Shown one piece after another: positions 9,054 through 18,426 of a DNA stretch of 64,000 nt. The stretch is taken from the NCBI GenBank assembly GCA_965223415.1, contig OZ245002.1:2336001-2400000 (forward strand), written 5' to 3'. The DNA is from Myxococcota bacterium (GTDB lineage Bacteria > Myxococcota_A > UBA9160 > UBA6930). The position numbers were made by a program, and so were the translations under genes. Every line of letters begins with the position of its first letter. Within the stretch, counting starts at the first letter, position 1. The notes below the pieces were generated by a model. It was not told the DNA's origin and did not search any database. It worked only from the letters and a program-made list of their open reading frames with translations.

Positions 9054-10640
9054 ATGCGCATCGCGCTGCTCGCGGTGCCGATCCTGGCGGCGCTGATCGC
9101 ATGGCTCGGGAGTGCGGCCCTCGCACCGATCGAGCATGGCATCGATCGCGGCGGCTTCCGGGATCCGGCCAGGGCGGCGGAGCCGGTCGAGAGGCACGTG
9201 CGGCCCGGCTCGGGCGAGGCACCGCGCCCGAACCTCGTCGTGATCCTGGCGGACGACCTCGGCTACGGGGACCTCGGTGTGCAGGGAAGCGATGCCCTCG
9301 AGACGCCCCACGTCGACCGGCTCGCCTCCGAAGGCCTCCGGCTCCGGGAGTTCTACGCCAGCGCTCCGGTCTGCTCGCCCTCCCGCGCCGGGCTGTTGAC
9401 CGGGCGCTACCCGCTGCGCAGCGGCATCGTGGCGGCACTCCAAGCGGCGGACGACACGCTGATGCGTCGCCTCACCTACCGGGCCGGTATCGCCTTCGCG
9501 AAGCTGGGCGCGGTCGATCTGGCCGGGGGCGACAACGCGGTGCCGGGCCTTCCCCCTTCCGAGATCACGCTGGCGGAGGCTCTCCGCGTCGGCGGCTATC
9601 GGACGATGGCCGTCGGCAAGTGGCACCTGGGCGATTTCACGCAGCTCCCCGAGTACCACCCCCGTGAGCACGGCTTCGACCGCTTCGTCGGCTTCAACAT
9701 GTCCAACGACGACTGGCCCGTGGCCTTCTGGCGGGACGACGAAGAGGTGGTCGCGGACATCGGCCTCGACCAGGCGCACTACACCCACGTGTTCACCGAG
9801 GCGGCGGTCAGGTTCATCGAGGCATCGGCCGGCGAGCCCTTCTTCCTCTACCTGGCTCACAAGGACCCGCACCAGCCCTTCTTCCCCTCGGAGGCCTTCG
9901 CCGGGCACTCTGCCGGAGGGCCCTACGGCGACGCCGTCGCTGAGCTCGACTGGAGCGTGGGGCAGGTCGTCCAGGCACTGCAGCGCGTGGGGATTGCCCA
10001 AGACACCCTCGTGGTCGTGACCAGCGACAACGGTCCGTGGTTCGAGGGCAGTCCGGGCGGGCTGCGGGGACGCAAGGGGCAGAGCTACGAGGGGGGGTTC
10101 CGCGTTCCGTTCGTGGCGTGGTGGCCAGGCCGGATTCCGGCGGGAAGCGTGAGTGACGCGCCTGGGATGAACATCGACCTGTTTCCCACCTTCTTGGGCC
10201 TTGCGGGTCTGGAGGGGCCCGACGATCGCGTCATCGACGGGGAGGACCAGTGGGCGGTGTGGTCCGGTGCGGCGCAGGAGCCGGTCGAACGGGAGCTCTA
10301 CTTCTTCCACGACTACGACGTGGAGGCGATGCGCGCCGGCGACTTCAAGCTGATCGGCCGGAACAGTCACTACGTGTGGCCCGTGCCCCTCGACAAGAAG
10401 GACACGCCCGGTGGTCAGCTCCTGGCCGGGCGGGACTACCGGCCGACCGGCGGGGTCGAGGCGGTACCGACGCTGGGGACGTGGCCGCTCCTCTACCACC
10501 TCGGGCGCGACCGCGAGGAGGCCTACAACGTGGCCGCCTCCCACCCGGGACGGACGCGGGCGCTCGCCGAGCGCCTTGCCGCCTGGCGGGCCGCGTTCCG
10601 TGAGAACCCGCGTGGCTGGCTCCCGGACGACGCGCGCTAG
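9054..10640 (+). CDS. secreted or membrane-anchored arylsulfatase (formylglycine-dependent)
   Basis: N-terminal hydrophobic segment, ILADDLGYGD, CSPSRAGLLTGRYP, GKWHLG, TSDNG. Confidence 0.95.
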   Translation: MRIALLAVPILAALIAWLGSAALAPIEHGIDRGGFRDPARAAEPVERHVRPGSGEAPRPNLVVILADDLGYGDLGVQGSDALETPHVDRLASEGLRLREFYASAPVCSPSRAGLLTGRYPLRSGIVAALQAADDTLMRRLTYRAGIAFAKLGAVDLAGGDNAVPGLPPSEITLAEALRVGGYRTMAVGKWHLGDFTQLPEYHPREHGFDRFVGFNMSNDDWPVAFWRDDEEVVADIGLDQAHYTHVFTEAAVRFIEASAGEPFFLYLAHKDPHQPFFPSEAFAGHSAGGPYGDAVAELDWSVGQVVQALQRVGIAQDTLVVVTSDNGPWFEGSPGGLRGRKGQSYEGGFRVPFVAWWPGRIPAGSVSDAPGMNIDLFPTFLGLAGLEGPDDRVIDGEDQWAVWSGAAQEPVERELYFFHDYDVEAMRAGDFKLIGRNSHYVWPVPLDKKDTPGGQLLAGRDYRPTGGVEAVPTLGTWPLLYHLGRDREEAYNVAASHPGRTRALAERLAAWRAAFRENPRGWLPDDAR

Positions 10641-11200
10641 CAGCCGCAGTCGCCGCCTGCCTCTCGGTGCTCACGGGCCCGTCGCGAGAGCACGTGCCAC
10701 GCCACGGCACCCGCGACTAGCGTGCCCGCACCGATCCAACGAGGATCGTCGAGGCCGGCGGCCCATCCCGCCAGGGCGGATCCGCCTGCCGCGACGATCG
10801 CGAGGGGGAGGACGCAGAGCGCCAAGAAGGAGCCGGCGAAGCCGAGGGCGCCGGCGCGGACGAAGCGGCGCAGGCGTCCTGAGCCCTGGGACGGGCTCGT
10901 GCCGGCGTTCGCGAAGGGGTCGATGCCCTCGACCTCCAATCGGAGGGCTTCGCCTCCGGGGAGGGCCCGCAGCTCCCACCCGAGGCCCGGGCAACACACC
11001 CGCTCGAAGCGCACGAGCGCCTCGAGCTCGGCGCGCAGCCCGGGATCGGCCGGGAACTCCCATGCGCGGCCGTTCGCGAGGGCCTCGGAGCGGAGGGCGA
11101 GGGGCAGGAGCTCGCGCCGGATCGCGTCGACGCGGGCTTCGCGCTCCTCGTCGGGCAGGCGGCAGATCTCTTCCAGGCTGGCGGGGTCTTCCCTGGTCAT
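10637..11200 (-). CDS. Cys-rich putative metal-binding protein: soluble ERxCCP domain, two TM helices, C-terminal CGC
   Basis: ICRLP...FERVCCPGL...LALCVLPL...GGDCGC; downstream of a MerR promoter. Confidence 0.6.
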   Translation of the reverse strand: MTREDPASLEEICRLPDEEREARVDAIRRELLPLALRSEALANGRAWEFPADPGLRAELEALVRFERVCCPGLGWELRALPGGEALRLEVEGIDPFANAGTSPSQGSGRLRRFVRAGALGFAGSFLALCVLPLAIVAAGGSALAGWAAGLDDPRWIGAGTLVAGAVAWHVLSRRAREHREAGGDCGC

Positions 11201-11409
11201 GCGCGAATCCTCGGTGCGGTGCGCCGGGCGGCGAGCCCGGCCCACAGGGTCTCCATGACGGCGAACGGCCACGAGCCGATCAGGACGGCGTAGCCCGCGG
11301 ACGCCAGGCATGCGGCGCCGAACGCCCAGCCGAAGGCCGGTCGGCGTTCCTCGAGGGCGTAGGTGAGCGCCATGGCGCCCACCGCGACAGTCCCGAACAG
11401 CTCGATCAC
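11197..11409 (-). CDS. small membrane protein (70 aa, ~3 TM)
   Basis: Hydrophobic ORF; GTG start 7 nt after the -10 box; stop overlaps the next ATG. Confidence 0.7.
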   Translation of the reverse strand: MIELFGTVAVGAMALTYALEERRPAFGWAFGAACLASAGYAVLIGSWPFAVMETLWAGLAARRTAPRIRA

Positions 11410-11416
11410 GGAGGGG

Positions 11417-11447
11417 AGTCTACGACTTGAAGCTCACTTCAAGTCAA
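11417..11447 (-). promoter_or_regulatory. MerR-type promoter and operator
   Basis: Minus strand TTGACT-19 bp-TAGACT with perfect IR GACTTGAAG-CTCA-CTTCAAGTC (11424-11445); the -35 overlaps the merR stop codon. Confidence 0.85.
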
Positions 11448-11833
11448 GGGCGATCGCGCATGGCCCGAGAGCAGTCTTCGAGGGTCGGGCAGTCGCAGCG
11501 GGTCACCGCCTCGAGCACCCGCTTCATGGCCTCGATCTCCTCCGCCCGGCGTTCCAGCTCCTCGAGCTTGCGGTCGGCGAGGGATCGCCAGCGCTCCCCG
11601 GGCGGCGTCCTCCGGCCGAAGCCGCGGAGCAGGCCCTTGATCTCCGCGATGCGGAAGCCAGCGGCCTTGGCCACCTCGATCAGGGCGAGACGGTCGAGGA
11701 TCGACTCCTCGTAGACGCGGGCGCCACCGCGGCGGTCGGCGCGTGGGATCAGGCCCTCGCGCTCGTAGTAGCGCAGGGCCGAGGCAGCGACGCCGCTTCG
11801 CTTCGCCACCTCGCCGATGCGGAGTGCGGTCAT
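11444..11833 (-). CDS. MerR-family regulator, SoxR-like
   Basis: LRIGEVAKRSGVAASALRYYEREGLI HTH; C-terminal CDCPTLEDC. Confidence 0.9.
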   Translation of the reverse strand: MTALRIGEVAKRSGVAASALRYYEREGLIPRADRRGGARVYEESILDRLALIEVAKAAGFRIAEIKGLLRGFGRRTPPGERWRSLADRKLEELERRAEEIEAMKRVLEAVTRCDCPTLEDCSRAMRDRP

Positions 11834-12651
11834 CCGAGCGCGTCGTCGGCCGCGTCCCAGACGTTGCGCGGCGTGTCCGCGCCGAACAGGCGGGCTGCCG
11901 CGCTCTGCTTGTCGATGTGGCCGATGAGTCCGTGGTAGATGCCGAAGCCGCACAGCTCCTGGAGCCGCGGCTCGAAGCTCGCGACCCGGTCGGCGGGAAG
12001 GCCGAGCTGCTGGTTCTCCTGCTGGCGGATCCAGCCGGCGCAGTAGTTCATGGCGATGCCGACGCGGCGCTGGTCCGTGGTGTTGGCGCCGCCGCCGTGC
12101 CAGAGACTGCCGTGCCACACGAGGACGCTGCCCTTGCGCATCTCCGCGGGGATCGACTCGAACTCGGCTCCGTAGGTGGGAGAGTGATCCGCGCGGTGGG
12201 AGCCAGGGACGATCCGGGTCGCACCGTTGGCCTCGGTGAAATCGGTAAGGGCCCACATCGAGTTGCACACCGTCGGCGGATGGGGTCTCGGGATCGGGTG
12301 CAGCTGGTCGTCGGCGTGGATCGGCTGGGCGCGCTCGCCCCGGCCGATCGCCACCGACGAGACGGACGAGATCAGACAGCCCGCGTCGAGAACGCCCTCG
12401 ACGATCGGGAGCACCGACGGATGGACTGGGACCTTCTGCCAGACCGGGCCGTGGGCCAGGAGGTTGTACACCCGAAGGGTCCGATGGCCCTCGAAGCGGT
12501 TCGTCGCGGGCTGGGTGCCGAGCTCGGCCTCGATCCGTTCGAGATCCCCCAGCAGCTCGTCGACCAGCGTCGGCTCGATCGCATCCTCGACGAGGCTGTA
12601 GCCGTCCTCCTCGATGCGCCGAAGGTGAGCCCTCGTCTCGTCCGGTTGCAC
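11830..12651 (-). CDS. phytanoyl-CoA dioxygenase (PhyH) family Fe/2OG dioxygenase
   Basis: QPIHADD, WALTDFTEANGATRIVPGSH, LWHGGG. Confidence 0.9.
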   Translation of the reverse strand: MQPDETRAHLRRIEEDGYSLVEDAIEPTLVDELLGDLERIEAELGTQPATNRFEGHRTLRVYNLLAHGPVWQKVPVHPSVLPIVEGVLDAGCLISSVSSVAIGRGERAQPIHADDQLHPIPRPHPPTVCNSMWALTDFTEANGATRIVPGSHRADHSPTYGAEFESIPAEMRKGSVLVWHGSLWHGGGANTTDQRRVGIAMNYCAGWIRQQENQQLGLPADRVASFEPRLQELCGFGIYHGLIGHIDKQSAAARLFGADTPRNVWDAADDALG

Positions 12652-12655
12652 CCCG

Positions 12656-12691
12656 ACAACTTAACAGACGGAACCGGCCCCTTGCTTAACA
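12656..12691. repeat. 36-bp dispersed repeat, copy B
   Basis: ACAACTTAACAGACGGAACCGGCCCCTTGCTTAACA; 33/36 identical to 63573-63608; contains the Rieske gene TAA. Confidence 0.9.
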
Positions 12692-13663
12692 CAGGTCGGG
12701 GTGGGTGCCGCGGGGGTCGCCTTCGACGTAGAACTGGGCGGCCCATCGGCGGAACTGGAGGATGGGGCCGTCGGCTCGGGAGAGGGCCGGGCGTTCCAGG
12801 TGGATCTTGTGATCGAAGATGACGATGTCCTGGTCTTCCTGGCGGCGGAGCTCGGCGACGAGGGCCTCGCCGACGCGTCGTGAGGCGCCGTCCCGGCGGA
12901 ACCGGTAGTGGAAGCTCACCTCGGTCTCTTCGAAGTCGATCGGCGTGTTGCAGGCGACGAAGCACGCGTCGAGGATGCCGCTGAAGCGGGCGAGGCTCAC
13001 GCCGGGGCCCCAGCTGTCGGTGTCGATGCGGCCGGGCTGGGGGCCGCGGGGGGTCACGAACTCCACCTTCGCCCGCAGGCGGCTCTCGTAGCCGTCGAGC
13101 TCGTAGGCCTCGAGCTCGGGTATCTCGGCGCTGCCGTGCAGCGTCCGCAGGTGGATGAAGTCCGCGCCGTTCTCCGCCATCTCCTGCCACGGCGCGCGCA
13201 CCACCCAGCTCGCACGGACGGGCTCACTCCAGCCGTCGTCGGCCACCTGCGCGATCTCGGGGATCTCCCACAGGGGTGGCTCGTCGCGCGGGTGGTACCA
13301 AGCGAGCACGAGACCGTTGCGGTCGATCGTCGGGTAGGCGTGGATCTTCGCAGCGGCGTTCCGGGTGCCGTCGTAGGGCACGAGGGTGTTCCGGCCTTGG
13401 CCGTCGAAGTGCCACCCGTGGAAGGGGCAGACGATCTCGCAGCCTTCGACTCGTCCGCCGTGGCCCAGGTGGGCTCCCAGGTGCGGGCAGTAGGCGTCCA
13501 TCACGTGGGCCGTGCCGTCCTCGCCGCGCCAGGCGACCAGCTCGCGGTTCAACAGGCGGAAGGGCTTCACCTCGCCCGGCTTCAGCTCTTCCGCGTCGCA
13601 CACCCGGTACCAGCCGAAGGGTAGGCAGCGGTAGAAGGGGAACCGCTCGAGGGAGCTGGGCAT
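12686..13663 (-). CDS. Rieske non-heme iron oxygenase (KshA / sterol desaturase-like)
   Basis: CPHLG...CPFHGW Rieske motif, ENGADFIHLRTLH Fe ligands, QDIVIFDHK. Confidence 0.85.
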   Translation of the reverse strand: MPSSLERFPFYRCLPFGWYRVCDAEELKPGEVKPFRLLNRELVAWRGEDGTAHVMDAYCPHLGAHLGHGGRVEGCEIVCPFHGWHFDGQGRNTLVPYDGTRNAAAKIHAYPTIDRNGLVLAWYHPRDEPPLWEIPEIAQVADDGWSEPVRASWVVRAPWQEMAENGADFIHLRTLHGSAEIPELEAYELDGYESRLRAKVEFVTPRGPQPGRIDTDSWGPGVSLARFSGILDACFVACNTPIDFEETEVSFHYRFRRDGASRRVGEALVAELRRQEDQDIVIFDHKIHLERPALSRADGPILQFRRWAAQFYVEGDPRGTHPDLC

Positions 13664-13726
13664 GGCGATCCACTCTAGAATCGCCACCCATTCGCGGGCA
13701 AGGGAGACCGCGGGCAAGGGAGATTC

Positions 13727-14819
13727 ATGGCCTTCGCGCTCTCACCGGAGCAGCACGAGCTCCGGGATACATTGCGCCGCTTCTTCTCCGACGTCTCTCC
13801 GCCGTCGGAGGTGCGGCGCTGGATGGAGACCGAGGCCGGCTTCGACCCGGTCCTGTGGCGGCGCATGGGGGACGAGCTGGGCCTTCATGACGCGGCCTCC
13901 CTGGGCTTCGAGGAGCTCGCCCTCGTCGCGCAGGAGCTGGGCCGCGCCCTCGTTCCCGGCCCCTACTTCGGGTGCGTGGTGCTCGCAGGACGTTGCCTGG
14001 CCCAGGCGGCGCAGAGCGACGAGCGGGACGCGCTGCTCGCGGCGATCGCCCGGGGCGAGATCGCGAGCGCCGCCTGGGCGGCGCCGGGGCGGAGCTGGGA
14101 TCCCGCCGAGATCGAGCTGCGACACTCGGCCGGGCGCCTGGACGGGACCGCGGGGTACGTGCTCGACGGCCACGTGGCTTCGCACCTCCTCTTCGTCGCC
14201 CGGGTCGCCGGCACCGACCGGCTCGGCCTCTACGCCGTTGACGAAGGGGCCCCGGGGGCTCGAGCGGCGGCGTCTCCGCACCCTCGATCGCACCCGGAGG
14301 CTGGCGCAGCTCTACCTCGCGTCCGTCCCGGCGCGGTGTCTCGACGACGACTTCGCCGCCGGCTTCGACCGGGCCCTGGTCGAGGCCAACGTGGCGCTCT
14401 GCGCCGAGAGCGTCGGCGGCTTCGAGGCGACGCTCGAGATGGCCCTGGCCCACGCCCGCGAGCGCGTGCAGTTCAGCCGGGTGATCGGCTCCTTCCAGGC
14501 GGTGAAGCACAAGCTCGCCGACCTCTGGATCCTCTTCGAAGGAGCGCGCACGGCGACCCGGGAGGCGGTGCTCGCCGTCACCGGCGGCGACCCGGAGGCG
14601 CCGCTCCTCGCCAGCGTCGCGCGCGCCTACGTCGGCGACGCGGCCCTCCGCGCCGCCTTCGACAACATCCAGGTCCACGGCGGCATCGGCTTCACCTGGG
14701 AGTACGACGCGCACCTCTACCTGCGCCGCGCCCAGCTCGCGGCCCGGCTGCTCGGTGATCCGGTCTTCCATCGCGAGCGGGTGGCGCGCCTGCTGGGCGA
14801 GATGGAAGGAGGCAGGTAG
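13727..14819 (+). pseudogene. acyl-CoA dehydrogenase (FadE-type partner subunit) with a +1 frameshift in a G5 run at 14254-14258 (probably a sequencing error)
   Basis: MAFALSPEQ...ELGRALVPGP in one frame; ERVQFSRVIGSFQAVKH...QVHGGIGFTWEYDAHLY in the other. Confidence 0.85.
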
Positions 14820-14821
14820 AC

Positions 14822-16042
14822 GTGCGGCGCGAGGACACCCCCGAGGAGGCGGCCTTCCGGGCCGAGGCGCGGGCCTGGCTGGAGGCGAACGCGCCGGCGG
14901 AGGGCTTCGCCCGCGCGGGCCACGCCCACACGCCCGAGGCGGAAGCCGCCTGGTTCGAGCGCTGTCGCGCCTGGCAGCGAACGCTCTTCGACGGGGGCTG
15001 GGCGGCCATCACGCTGCCGGAGAACGTGGGCGGCCGCGGCGGCACGCCCGCCCAGCAGCTGATCTTCGACGAGGAGCAGGCGGCCTTCGACGTCACCACC
15101 GGCTTCCTCCACTCGAGCCTCGCGCTGATCGTCCCCGCTCTCCTCACCTATGGAAGTGACGAGCAGAAGGAGCGCTTCCTCCGGCCGACCCTGCGCGGCG
15201 ACGTCACCTGGTGTCAGCTCTTCAGCGAGCCCGAGGCCGGCTCCGACCTGGCGGCGCTGCGTTGCCGCGCCGAGAGGGACGGCGACGAGCTGGTCGTGAA
15301 CGGCCAGAAGCTCTGGACCACCAGCGCCCAGTTCTGCGAGTGGGGCTTCCTGCTGGTGCGCAGCGATCCGGAGGTCCCCAAGCACCAGGGGATCAGCTTC
15401 GTCCTCGTCGACATGAAGAGCCCGGGCATCGAGGTGCGACCGCTGCCGACCATCACCGGCGGGCGCCACTTCAACGAGGTCTTCTTCAGCGACGTTCGCG
15501 TTCCCCTGGAGAACGTGGTGGGCGGGCTCGGCGGCGGCTGGGCGGTGGCGCGCCTGGTGCTCGCCCACGAATCGGTGTCGATCGGGACCAGCGCCGCGCG
15601 GAACGACGCCACCCTGGACCTGGTGCGTGTGGCCAAGGCGCGGGGCTCGTTCGAGGACCCGGTCGTTCGTCAAGGCCTGGCCGCGAGCTACATCGAGGAG
15701 CGGGTGCTCGGCTGGCTCGGCGATCGCATTCGCAACGCCGTCCTCGACGGCGAGCATCCGGACGTGGACGGCTCGGTGGTGAAGGTGCTCTGGGCCGAGA
15801 GCCGGGCTCGGAAGGGCGAGCTGGCCATGCAGGTGCTCGGCCCGGACGCGATGCTCGACGGCGATGACACCGAGGCCCGTGGCTTCTGGCAGAACCTCCT
15901 GCTCGACCGCTACATGGGCACGATCGGCGGCGGTACCGTCGAGGTGCACCGCAACGGCATCGGGGAGCGGGTCCTCGGCTTGCCCCGGGAGCCCCGGCCG
16001 GATCGCGAGGTGCCCTTCCGCGAGCTCAAGACTTCGCGGTAG
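14822..16042 (+). CDS. acyl-CoA dehydrogenase (FadE-type)
   Basis: WCQLFSEPEAGSDLA, NGQKLWT, FNEVFFSDVRVP, TIGGGTVEV. Confidence 0.95.
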   Translation: MRREDTPEEAAFRAEARAWLEANAPAEGFARAGHAHTPEAEAAWFERCRAWQRTLFDGGWAAITLPENVGGRGGTPAQQLIFDEEQAAFDVTTGFLHSSLALIVPALLTYGSDEQKERFLRPTLRGDVTWCQLFSEPEAGSDLAALRCRAERDGDELVVNGQKLWTTSAQFCEWGFLLVRSDPEVPKHQGISFVLVDMKSPGIEVRPLPTITGGRHFNEVFFSDVRVPLENVVGGLGGGWAVARLVLAHESVSIGTSAARNDATLDLVRVAKARGSFEDPVVRQGLAASYIEERVLGWLGDRIRNAVLDGEHPDVDGSVVKVLWAESRARKGELAMQVLGPDAMLDGDDTEARGFWQNLLLDRYMGTIGGGTVEVHRNGIGERVLGLPREPRPDREVPFRELKTSR

Positions 16043-16070
16043 CATCGCGCCCCCCGACGGAGGAGACACC

Positions 16071-16871
16071 GTGCCCGACGCCATCGTCGAACGCGAAGAC
16101 CACCTGATGACCCTCACCATGAACCGTCCGGAGCGCTACAACGCGCTCTCTGGCGACATGCTGATCCGCATGTACGATGCCTACCAGGAGGCGTCTCGCG
16201 ATCCGGAGATCCGCTGCATCATCGTCACCGGCGCCGGCGGGAACTTCTGCTCCGGCGCCGACCTGAAGGCGATGTCCGGCGACGCGGGAGAGGGCGACGA
16301 TGTCATCGACGTCCAGGCGCGCATGGCCGAGGACCCGGACATCGTCTACAAGGCGCTCTTCCGTCATTACCGCCCGACCAAGCCGATCATCGCCGCGGTG
16401 GAAGGCGTCGCCATCGCGGGGGGCACCGAGATCCTGCAGGCGATGGAGATCCGGGTCGCCGGGGAGAGCGCGCGCTTCGGCGTGTCCGAGGCGAAGTGGT
16501 CCCTCTACCCGATGGCCGGCTCCGCCGTGCGCCTGCCCCGCCAGATCCCCTACACCCAGGCCGCCGAGATCCTGCTGACCGCGAAGCACATCAAGGCGCC
16601 GGAAGCCAAGCAGATCGGCCTCATCGGCCACGTCGTCCCCGACGGCCAGGCCCTCGCCAAGGCGCGCGAGATCGCCGACGTGATCTGCAGCAACGGCCCC
16701 CTCGCCGTCGAGGCCATCACCCGCACCCTCCACGAGTGCGACGGCATGGAGCTCGACCAGGCCCTGCGCCACGAGTGGGCGTACGGCCAGGCCGTCTTCG
16801 CCAGCCAGGACGCCAAGGAAGGCCCCCTCGCCTTCGCCCAGAAGCGCAAGCCCAACTTCCAACGCAAGTAA
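16071..16871 (+). CDS. echA19: enoyl-CoA hydratase, closely resembling mycobacterial EchA19
   Basis: AIAGGTEILQ...RVAGESARFGVSEAKWSLYPMAGSAVRLPRQIPYT...GLIGHVVPDGQAL; symbol assigned from recalled sequence similarity. Confidence 0.8.
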   Translation: MPDAIVEREDHLMTLTMNRPERYNALSGDMLIRMYDAYQEASRDPEIRCIIVTGAGGNFCSGADLKAMSGDAGEGDDVIDVQARMAEDPDIVYKALFRHYRPTKPIIAAVEGVAIAGGTEILQAMEIRVAGESARFGVSEAKWSLYPMAGSAVRLPRQIPYTQAAEILLTAKHIKAPEAKQIGLIGHVVPDGQALAKAREIADVICSNGPLAVEAITRTLHECDGMELDQALRHEWAYGQAVFASQDAKEGPLAFAQKRKPNFQRK

Positions 16872-16942
16872 GAAGCGGGGCCAGAGTTAAGAATTCAGTT
16901 CCCTTCGGGGAACTGAATTCTTAACTCTGGCCCCGCTTCTTA
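16869..16942. repeat. perfect palindrome (35-bp arms, TTCG loop), REP/REPIN-like
   Basis: TAAGAAGCGGGGCCAGAGTTAAGAATTCAGTTCCC-TTCG-exact reverse complement; both ends are the TAA stops of the convergent genes. Confidence 0.95.
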
Positions 16943-18409
16943 AGCCGGGTAGCCGATGGCCTTGGTCTGGAGGTACTCCTGGAAGCCCTCGACACCGTGC
17001 TCGCGGCCGAGGCCGCTCTCCTTGACGCCGCCGAAGGGGGTGTCGGGGCCGAACCACATGCCGCCGTTCACGCCGAGGGTGCCGGTGCGGATGCGGCGGG
17101 CGACGGCCATGGCGCGCTCCAGGGAGCCGGACTGGACGGAGCCGGAGAGCCCGTAGCGGCTGTTGTTGGCGATGCGCACGGCGTCGTCGTCGTCGTCGAA
17201 GGGAATCACTGCCAGCACCGGGCCGAAGATCTCCTCCTGCGCGATGGTCGCGTCCGGGTCCACGTCCACGAACAGGGTCGGCTCGACGAACCAGCCCTTC
17301 TCGAGGTGGGCCGGGCGGCCGCCGCCGACCAGGCAGCGCGCGCCCTCCTGCTTGCCCTTCTCGATGTAGGCGAGGATCCGGTCCCGCTGCCTGGCGCTGA
17401 TCTGAGGGCCCTGGGAGTTGGCGATGTCGGAGGGATCGCCGTAGGCGATGGCCTCGAAGCCTGCCTTCAGCCGCTCCACGCCCTCGTCGTAGCGCGAGCG
17501 CGGCAGCAGCATGCGGGTCGTGATGGCGCAGCCCTGTCCGCCGTGCATGCAGATCCCCGCGCCGCTCGGCCCCACCAGGTCGAAGTTCGCGTCGTCGAGG
17601 AAGATCTGGGCGGACTTCCCGCCGAGCTCCAGGAACACGCGCCTCAGGCTCGGCGCGCAGCGCGCCATGATGTGCTTCCCGATCGCGGTCGAGCCGGTGA
17701 AGCTGACCAGGTCCACCCGCGGGTCGCCGGTGAGCAGGTCGCCTACCTCCGCTGGGTCGCTCGCGGTGACGATGTTCAGCACGCCGGGCGGCAGGTCCGT
17801 CTCCTCCGCGATCAGCTTGCCGATCCAGGTGGCGCTCCAGGGCGTGTCCGGTGCCGCCTTCAGCACGGCCGTGCAGCCGGCCATCAGCGCCGGCACCAGC
17901 TTCGACAGGTTCAGCATGAAGGGGAAGTTCCAGGGCGTGATCAGCCCCGCGACACCCACCGGCTCGTGGATCACCCGCCGGTGGCTCTTGATCCCGAAGA
18001 ATTCATGGACGCCGAGCTCCCGCTCCCACGCGAACTTCTCCGCGCACTCGACGTCCCACAGCATGTCCTGGATGCAGGAGTCCTGCTGGACGGCGTAGGT
18101 GAGCGGGAGCGGCGCGCCCACCTCGGCCACGATCTGCGGCCGCAGCTCCTCCTTGCGCCGCTCGAGGGCCGCCTGGAGCTGACGCAGGCACCGGGAGCGG
18201 AGATCGAGATTCGCGGACCACTTCGTCTCGTCGAAGGCGCGACGGGCCGCGGCGATCGCCCGGTCCATGTCGGCGGCGCTCGCGTCGGCGACCCGGCCGA
18301 TCTCTTCTTCGGTCGCCGGGTTCACGTTGCCGTAGGTGCGGCCGCCCGCTGCCTCCACAAGGGCTCCGTCGATCAGCAGGCGGCTCTCGGCCTGGGGGAA
18401 GTCGGTCAT
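16940..18409 (-). CDS. aldehyde dehydrogenase
   Basis: ITPWNFP, SFTGST, LELGGKS, GQGCA, EEIFGPV, PFGGVKESG. Confidence 0.95.
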   Translation of the reverse strand: MTDFPQAESRLLIDGALVEAAGGRTYGNVNPATEEEIGRVADASAADMDRAIAAARRAFDETKWSANLDLRSRCLRQLQAALERRKEELRPQIVAEVGAPLPLTYAVQQDSCIQDMLWDVECAEKFAWERELGVHEFFGIKSHRRVIHEPVGVAGLITPWNFPFMLNLSKLVPALMAGCTAVLKAAPDTPWSATWIGKLIAEETDLPPGVLNIVTASDPAEVGDLLTGDPRVDLVSFTGSTAIGKHIMARCAPSLRRVFLELGGKSAQIFLDDANFDLVGPSGAGICMHGGQGCAITTRMLLPRSRYDEGVERLKAGFEAIAYGDPSDIANSQGPQISARQRDRILAYIEKGKQEGARCLVGGGRPAHLEKGWFVEPTLFVDVDPDATIAQEEIFGPVLAVIPFDDDDDAVRIANNSRYGLSGSVQSGSLERAMAVARRIRTGTLGVNGGMWFGPDTPFGGVKESGLGREHGVEGFQEYLQTKAIGYPA

Positions 18410-18426
18410 GTCCGGCTCTCCTCTTG

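Noticed and set aside
6852..10544. Very long antisense or alternative-frame ORFs (also 51354-55931, 32787-35858, 827-2602)
   Set aside because: Shadow ORFs of high-GC coding strands with no recognisable motifs.
16869..16942. Palindrome as protelomerase telRL site or intrinsic terminator
   Set aside because: Multiple copies with a non-palindromic 4-nt loop, no protelomerase or phage genes, and no U-tract; a role in termination is not excluded but is unsupported.
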